Source of the DNA: Spirochaetia bacterium
Lineage (GTDB): Bacteria; Spirochaetota; Spirochaetia; SZUA-6; Bin103
Assembly (NCBI GenBank): GCA_965199955.1
Contig: CBDATQ010000002.1
Span: 1,152,001-1,216,000 of the forward strand
Length of the DNA stretch: 64,000 bases
Reading direction: 5' to 3'
The notes under the pieces are model-generated. The model saw nothing but the letters and a program-made list of their open reading frames with translations. It was not told the DNA's origin and searched no databases. Positions 59,553-64,000 of the stretch are shown in pieces (the first letter of the stretch is position 1; each line of letters begins with the position of its first letter). The translations under genes were made by a program, and so were the position numbers.

Positions 59553-60260
59553 GTGTGCCGCCTGCTCGCGGTCTCGTCCCCGCAGCCGTTCGACCTGCAG
59601 CGCTACCTGGAGCCCTTCGCGGAGATCGCCCGCACCAGCAGCGAGTACCAGGGACACGGCTGGGGCTGCGGCTGGATGACCCCGGGCGGATGGCGGCTCT
59701 ACCATGACATCGCGCCGGTCTGGGAGGACCCGTCACCGCCGCGCGGGCGCACGCGGCTGTTCGTCGCGCACGCGCGCAGCGCGTTCCGGGACGAAGGGAT
59801 CGAGGTGCGCAACAACATGCCGTTCACCGACGGGCGCTCGCTGTTCCTGTTCAACGGGGAGTTGCGCGGCGTGCGGATGAAGGAGGAGGGCCGCATCGGC
59901 GCCGAGAAGGTGTTCAACTTCATCCGCCGCTTCGACCGCGGCGACATGGCGGAGGCGATGCGCAAGGGGCTGGCGATCATCGAGCGGCGCACCCGGTTCG
60001 TCCGCGCGATGAACATCATCATCGCCGACGCCGACGCCATCCGGGTGACCAACCGCTTCAACGACTCGCCCGACTACTTCCAGATGCATGTTTCGGCATA
60101 CCCGGAGCGGCTGATACTCTGTTCCGACCCGTTGCCCGCGAGCGGCGTATCCGGCGCTTCCGGGGTGGACGAGTGGCAGCCGCTCGCCACCGGCGAGGTG
60201 CACACCTACCGGACCGACCGGGCCTGGACCGACCGGCCGGACCAACAAGGCAGGACCTGA
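59553..60260 (+). CDS. Class II glutamine amidotransferase/Ntn hydrolase (EgtC/YafJ/Dug3-like)
   Basis: N-terminal MCRL, HGWG, AHAR, NNMPF, FNG. Confidence 0.85.
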   Translation: MCRLLAVSSPQPFDLQRYLEPFAEIARTSSEYQGHGWGCGWMTPGGWRLYHDIAPVWEDPSPPRGRTRLFVAHARSAFRDEGIEVRNNMPFTDGRSLFLFNGELRGVRMKEEGRIGAEKVFNFIRRFDRGDMAEAMRKGLAIIERRTRFVRAMNIIIADADAIRVTNRFNDSPDYFQMHVSAYPERLILCSDPLPASGVSGASGVDEWQPLATGEVHTYRTDRAWTDRPDQQGRT

Positions 60261-60263
60261 ACG

Positions 60264-61055
60264 CTGAATATCATCAAAGTGGGCGGCGGCAGCGCCATCA
60301 ACCTGCCGGGAATCGCGGCCGACCTGGCAGAGCTGGCCGAGCCGGCGGTGGTCGTGCACGGCGCCAACGCGCTGCGCGACGAGCTGGCCGAGCGTCTGGG
60401 CGCACCGAAACGGGTGCTGACCTCGGTGTCCGGCTACTCCAGCGTGTACTCCGACGACCGCGCGCTGGACATGATCATGCTGGCCTACGCGGGGTTGCGG
60501 AACACGCAGCTCGTGGAACTCTGCCAGAGGGCCGGGGTCAACGCGATCGGCTTGACCGGCCTGGACGGCCGCCTGATACGCGGCCGGCGCAACAAGGGCA
60601 TCCGCGTGCGGCGCGAAGGCCGCACGGTGATCGAGCGCGACCGTTCCGGCAAGCCGGCCGGCGTCAACGGCGCGCTGCTGCGCACCCTGCTCGACGGCGG
60701 CTACACGCCGGTGGTGAGCATCCCCATCGCCGACCAGGACGGCATCGCCATCAACTCCGAAAACGACGATATCGTCGTGGCGCTGCATGCCGAGCTGCGG
60801 GCGCGGCGGGTGATCCAGCTCATCGAAGCGCCGGGGTTCCTGGAGCACGCCGGTGACGAGTCGTCGGCGCTGCGCGAGGTGGACGCCGCGGCGCTCGACC
60901 GGTTCGAAGCGCAGGCCGACGGGCGCATCAAGCGCAAGCTGCGCGCGCTCAAGGACTTGATTGCCCAAGGCGAAGTTGAGGTCATACTGTGCGACGGACG
61001 CACCGAACACCCGGTGCGTGACGGCCTTGCGGGGCATGGAACCAGGATCGGATGA
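60264..61055 (+). CDS. lysZ: [LysW]-aminoadipate/glutamate kinase
   Basis: IIKVGGG, VVVHGA, SGYSSVYSD, GLTGLDG, GRIKRKL; start probably CTG at 60264. Confidence 0.9.
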   Translation: MNIIKVGGGSAINLPGIAADLAELAEPAVVVHGANALRDELAERLGAPKRVLTSVSGYSSVYSDDRALDMIMLAYAGLRNTQLVELCQRAGVNAIGLTGLDGRLIRGRRNKGIRVRREGRTVIERDRSGKPAGVNGALLRTLLDGGYTPVVSIPIADQDGIAINSENDDIVVALHAELRARRVIQLIEAPGFLEHAGDESSALREVDAAALDRFEAQADGRIKRKLRALKDLIAQGEVEVILCDGRTEHPVRDGLAGHGTRIG

Positions 61056-62206
61056 ACACTCAAGAGACCGAGCAACGCTACGCGTTCGAGGTATACCCGA
61101 AGCGGGACCTGACCCTGGTACGGGGTGAAGGCGCCCTGGTCTGGGACGATGCGGGACGCAGCTACATCGACTGCGCTGCCGGCACCGGCGTGGCCTGCCT
61201 GGGGCACGCCCACCCGGTCGTCGCCGAAGCGCTCGCCCGGCAGGCGCGGACGCTGATCACCTGCGGGGGCGTGTTCTACAACGACCGGCGCGCGGCGCTG
61301 CTGGCCCGCCTGGTGTCGGTGTCGCCGGACAGCCTCACGCGCGCCTTCCTGTGCAACTCCGGCACCGAGGCGATCGAGACCGCCTTCAAGTTCGCCCGGT
61401 TGGCGACCGGACGCACCGACATCGTCGCCGCCGCGCGCGGCTTCCATGGCCGCACCATGGGCGCGCTGAGCGCGACCCACAACAAGAAGTACCGGGAGCC
61501 GTTCGCCCCGCTGGTCCCGGGCGTGACGCACGTGCCGTACAACAACCTCGACAAGCTGGCGGCGGCGGTCACCGACCGCACCGCGGCGGTGGTGCTGGAA
61601 CCGGTCCAGGGCGAAGGCGGGGTGCACCGCGGCGCCGACGACTACCTGGCGGGCGCACGCGAGCTGTGTGACGAGCGCGGGGCGCTGCTGATCGCCGACG
61701 AGATCCAGACCGGGTTCTGCCGCACCGGCCGCATGTTCGCGGTCGAGCACGCGGGCGTGCAGCCGGACGTCATGTGCGTGGCCAAGGGCATCGCCGGCGG
61801 CCTGCCGATGGGGGCGGCGCTGTTCAGCGACAGGGTCAAGCCGGCGGTCGGCATGCACGGCTCCACGTTCGGCGGCAACCCGCTCGCGTGCGCGGTGGCG
61901 GACGCGACCATCCGTTACTTGGTCGAGCAGGACCTGGCCGCACGGGCGGCCGAGTCCGGGGCCTACTTCGCGGAGCTGTTCGAGAGGTCGCGTCCCGCCT
62001 GCGTGCGGCAGATCAGGCAGTTCGGGCTGATGATCGGCATCGAGCTCAAGGAGCGGTCGCAGCCGCACCTGGTGTCGCTGATGGAGGAGGGGGTGCTGGC
62101 GCTGCCCGCGGGCAGGACGGTGATCCGGCTCCTGCCGCCGCTGGTCATCGAACGCGCGCAGGTCGAGGCCGTGGTGGCCGCGCTTTGCAAAGTGCTGGCG
62201 CGGTGA
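61052..62206 (+). CDS. lysJ: [LysW]-semialdehyde aminotransferase (class III)
   Basis: [43 protein letters not shown]. Confidence 0.9.
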   Translation: MNTQETEQRYAFEVYPKRDLTLVRGEGALVWDDAGRSYIDCAAGTGVACLGHAHPVVAEALARQARTLITCGGVFYNDRRAALLARLVSVSPDSLTRAFLCNSGTEAIETAFKFARLATGRTDIVAAARGFHGRTMGALSATHNKKYREPFAPLVPGVTHVPYNNLDKLAAAVTDRTAAVVLEPVQGEGGVHRGADDYLAGARELCDERGALLIADEIQTGFCRTGRMFAVEHAGVQPDVMCVAKGIAGGLPMGAALFSDRVKPAVGMHGSTFGGNPLACAVADATIRYLVEQDLAARAAESGAYFAELFERSRPACVRQIRQFGLMIGIELKERSQPHLVSLMEEGVLALPAGRTVIRLLPPLVIERAQVEAVVAALCKVLAR

Positions 62207-62219
62207 ATAGGTTATCTGC

Positions 62220-62843
62220 ATGAGAGTCGTCCATCGCATCGCATTCATGCTGACCGTCGTCGGGCTCGCCGCGACGCCGGCATTCGGCCAGACGGCGGAG
62301 GACGTGACCACCGTCGTCGGGCTCAACCTGCTCGGCCCGGTCGTGGGCCTGTACAGCGGGTCCTTCGAGCAGGCGATCGACGACGACCTGAGCATCTTCG
62401 TCATCCCCACCTACTTCAACGCCAAGGCGGGCGTTTTCGACGCGCTGGCGAGCCTCGCGGACATTCAGCCGGAGGACTATGACCTCTGGTACCTTGCGGT
62501 CGCCGCGGGCGCGAACTACTTCATCGACGGCACGGCTCCGGCCGGCGTGTTCGCCGGCGCATGGCTGCAGCCCGGCTACGGGCGCGCGCGATTCGAGGCC
62601 AGCGCGCTCGCGGACAGCTCCGAAGTGACGTTGGAGGCCTCGACCGTGACCCTGACCGCCAGCGCGCACGTCGGCTACCGGCTCATCTGGGGTCCGGTGG
62701 CGATCACCCCGCGCGTGGGCATCGGCTACCAGCTCGCGCTGAGTCCCGTGTCCGGCTTCGACACGCGCATGAGGAACTTGGTGGACAACGTGAACACCGG
62801 ACTTCGGTTCCCGTGGGGGGTCGATGTCGGGATTGCGTTCTGA
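62220..62843 (+). CDS. Secreted/outer-membrane beta-barrel-like protein
   Basis: Signal peptide, alternating beta-strand pattern, C-terminal ...VDVGIAF. Confidence 0.6.
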   Translation: MRVVHRIAFMLTVVGLAATPAFGQTAEDVTTVVGLNLLGPVVGLYSGSFEQAIDDDLSIFVIPTYFNAKAGVFDALASLADIQPEDYDLWYLAVAAGANYFIDGTAPAGVFAGAWLQPGYGRARFEASALADSSEVTLEASTVTLTASAHVGYRLIWGPVAITPRVGIGYQLALSPVSGFDTRMRNLVDNVNTGLRFPWGVDVGIAF

Positions 62844-62928
62844 GCGCTTCCGCCGGCTTGCGGATTTCTGAAAAGAACTTTATGATGTAAAGCATCCTTG
62901 GCCGACCGGAAGGGAGAGACAGGTCTTC

Positions 62929-64000
62929 ATGGATGCACACGGCGGGGCCGCCGGTCCGGTCGAACGTCTGGAGCGGATGCTCCGCTCGCCGCTGGCGCGG
63001 CTGCTGGCAATCAGCGGGCTGGCGCTCGTGCTGCAGGTTCCGGTGCTCTTCATCGGCGATCTGGTGCGCGAGCGCCGGAGCACCCGGGACGCTGCGGTGG
63101 AAGAGATGGGCTCCACCTGGGGCGGAGTGCAGCGCCTTGCCGGACCGTTCCTGGTCGTGCCGTACCGGGTTCCGTCGGCAGACGCCGATAGCGCGCCAGC
63201 GGAGGCGGTGGCCACGTTCCTGGCCGCCGAGCTGAGCGTGGCTGCCGACCTCAGTACCGAGCGCCTGCGTCGCGGGCTGTTCGAGGCGCCGGTGTATCGG
63301 GCGGCCATCGTGCTGTCCGGCACGTTCGAGCCGCCGGACTTCGCGCAGTGGGCGGTGCCGTCCCACGAGGTGCTGTGGGAGCGGGCAGAGCTGGCCTTCG
63401 ACGTGTCGGGCGTGCGGTCCATCCGGACCGGTGCGCGGCTGCGGTGGGGGGAGACGGATCTCGAATTCGAGCCGGGGACCGGACTGCGCGCCGGCGGCAC
63501 CGGCATCCACGCGCGGGTCGGCGGTCCGTGGCGGAGTCGAAACGGCCTGACGTTCCAGGCGACGCTGGATCTGGCCGGCAGCGCAAGCCTGCGGGTGGCC
63601 CCGACGGGCCAGGCGACCGCGATGGAGGTCACCGGCGACTGGCCGCACCCGAGCTTTCGGGGAGCGTGGCTGCCGGCGGAGCGCGAGCTCCGCGACGACG
63701 GATTCAGCGCGGAGTGGCGCATCTCCCACCTCGGACGCGGCTTTCCGCAGAGCTGGCGCGGGACGACGTACGGCAAGGAAATCGAGACTGCCTCGGTCGG
63801 CGTGGATCTGCTGACTCCGGTCGATCCGTACCGGCAGTCGGAGCGCAGCCTGAAGTACTCGCTGCTGTTCCTGGCGCTGACGTTCGGGGTCGCGTGGCTG
63901 TTCGAGGTGCTCGGCGGCGCGCGGCTGCACCTCGTCCACTACACGCTGATCGGCGCGGCCATGTGCCTGTTCTACCTGCTGGAACTGGCGCTCAGCGAGC
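62929..64000 (+). CDS. creD: Inner membrane protein CreD, runs off the right edge
   Basis: Manual translation: ERRSTR...WGGVQRLAGPFLVVPY, RRGLF, WPHPSF.G, GFSAEW, DPYRQSERSLKY, FYLLELALSE. Confidence 0.9.
   Translation, partial: MDAHGGAAGPVERLERMLRSPLARLLAISGLALVLQVPVLFIGDLVRERRSTRDAAVEEMGSTWGGVQRLAGPFLVVPYRVPSADADSAPAEAVATFLAAELSVAADLSTERLRRGLFEAPVYRAAIVLSGTFEPPDFAQWAVPSHEVLWERAELAFDVSGVRSIRTGARLRWGETDLEFEPGTGLRAGGTGIHARVGGPWRSRNGLTFQATLDLAGSASLRVAPTGQATAMEVTGDWPHPSFRGAWLPAERELRDDGFSAEWRISHLGRGFPQSWRGTTYGKEIETASVGVDLLTPVDPYRQSERSLKYSLLFLALTFGVAWLFEVLGGARLHLVHYTLIGAAMCLFYLLELALSE

Overview
High-GC bacterial chromosomal window. The two sugar solute-binding proteins have 'WAEGQxE' signal-peptide ends, which suggest Spirochaetia (inference only). 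Region 1-30 kb is a carbohydrate-scavenging region. It holds two sugar ABC systems, a heparinase II/III-like lyase, several BNR/sialidase-fold proteins, an Ogl-like propeller, PhyH dioxygenases, a UxuA-like dehydratase and other hydrolases, interspersed with toxin-antitoxin modules. Region 35.3-41.3 kb is a lower-GC, degraded phage-derived element (portal, terminase, FN3 lipoprotein, vapBC) arranged as two copies that share both ends. Region 45-57 kb is an iron/heme block: hemA-chdC-hemE-hemH-hemY, an orphan methyltransferase, an Fe3+ ABC transporter and a HugZ-like gene. Region 57.5-62.2 kb is a LysW amino-carrier operon. The best candidate for a new system is this LysW operon: it has no lysK but carries an EgtC/Dug3-like Ntn hydrolase whose active-site changes fit cleavage of a protein-linked gamma-glutamyl bond, so it may replace LysK. 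Also notable are a hicBA cassette flanked by a 53-bp duplication of promoter+RBS+ATG, and many 'collapsed' pseudogenes that keep their ends but have lost their middles. I recognised no rRNA, tRNA, CRISPR array, integrase or transposase. All family calls are by motif recognition; no database search was run.
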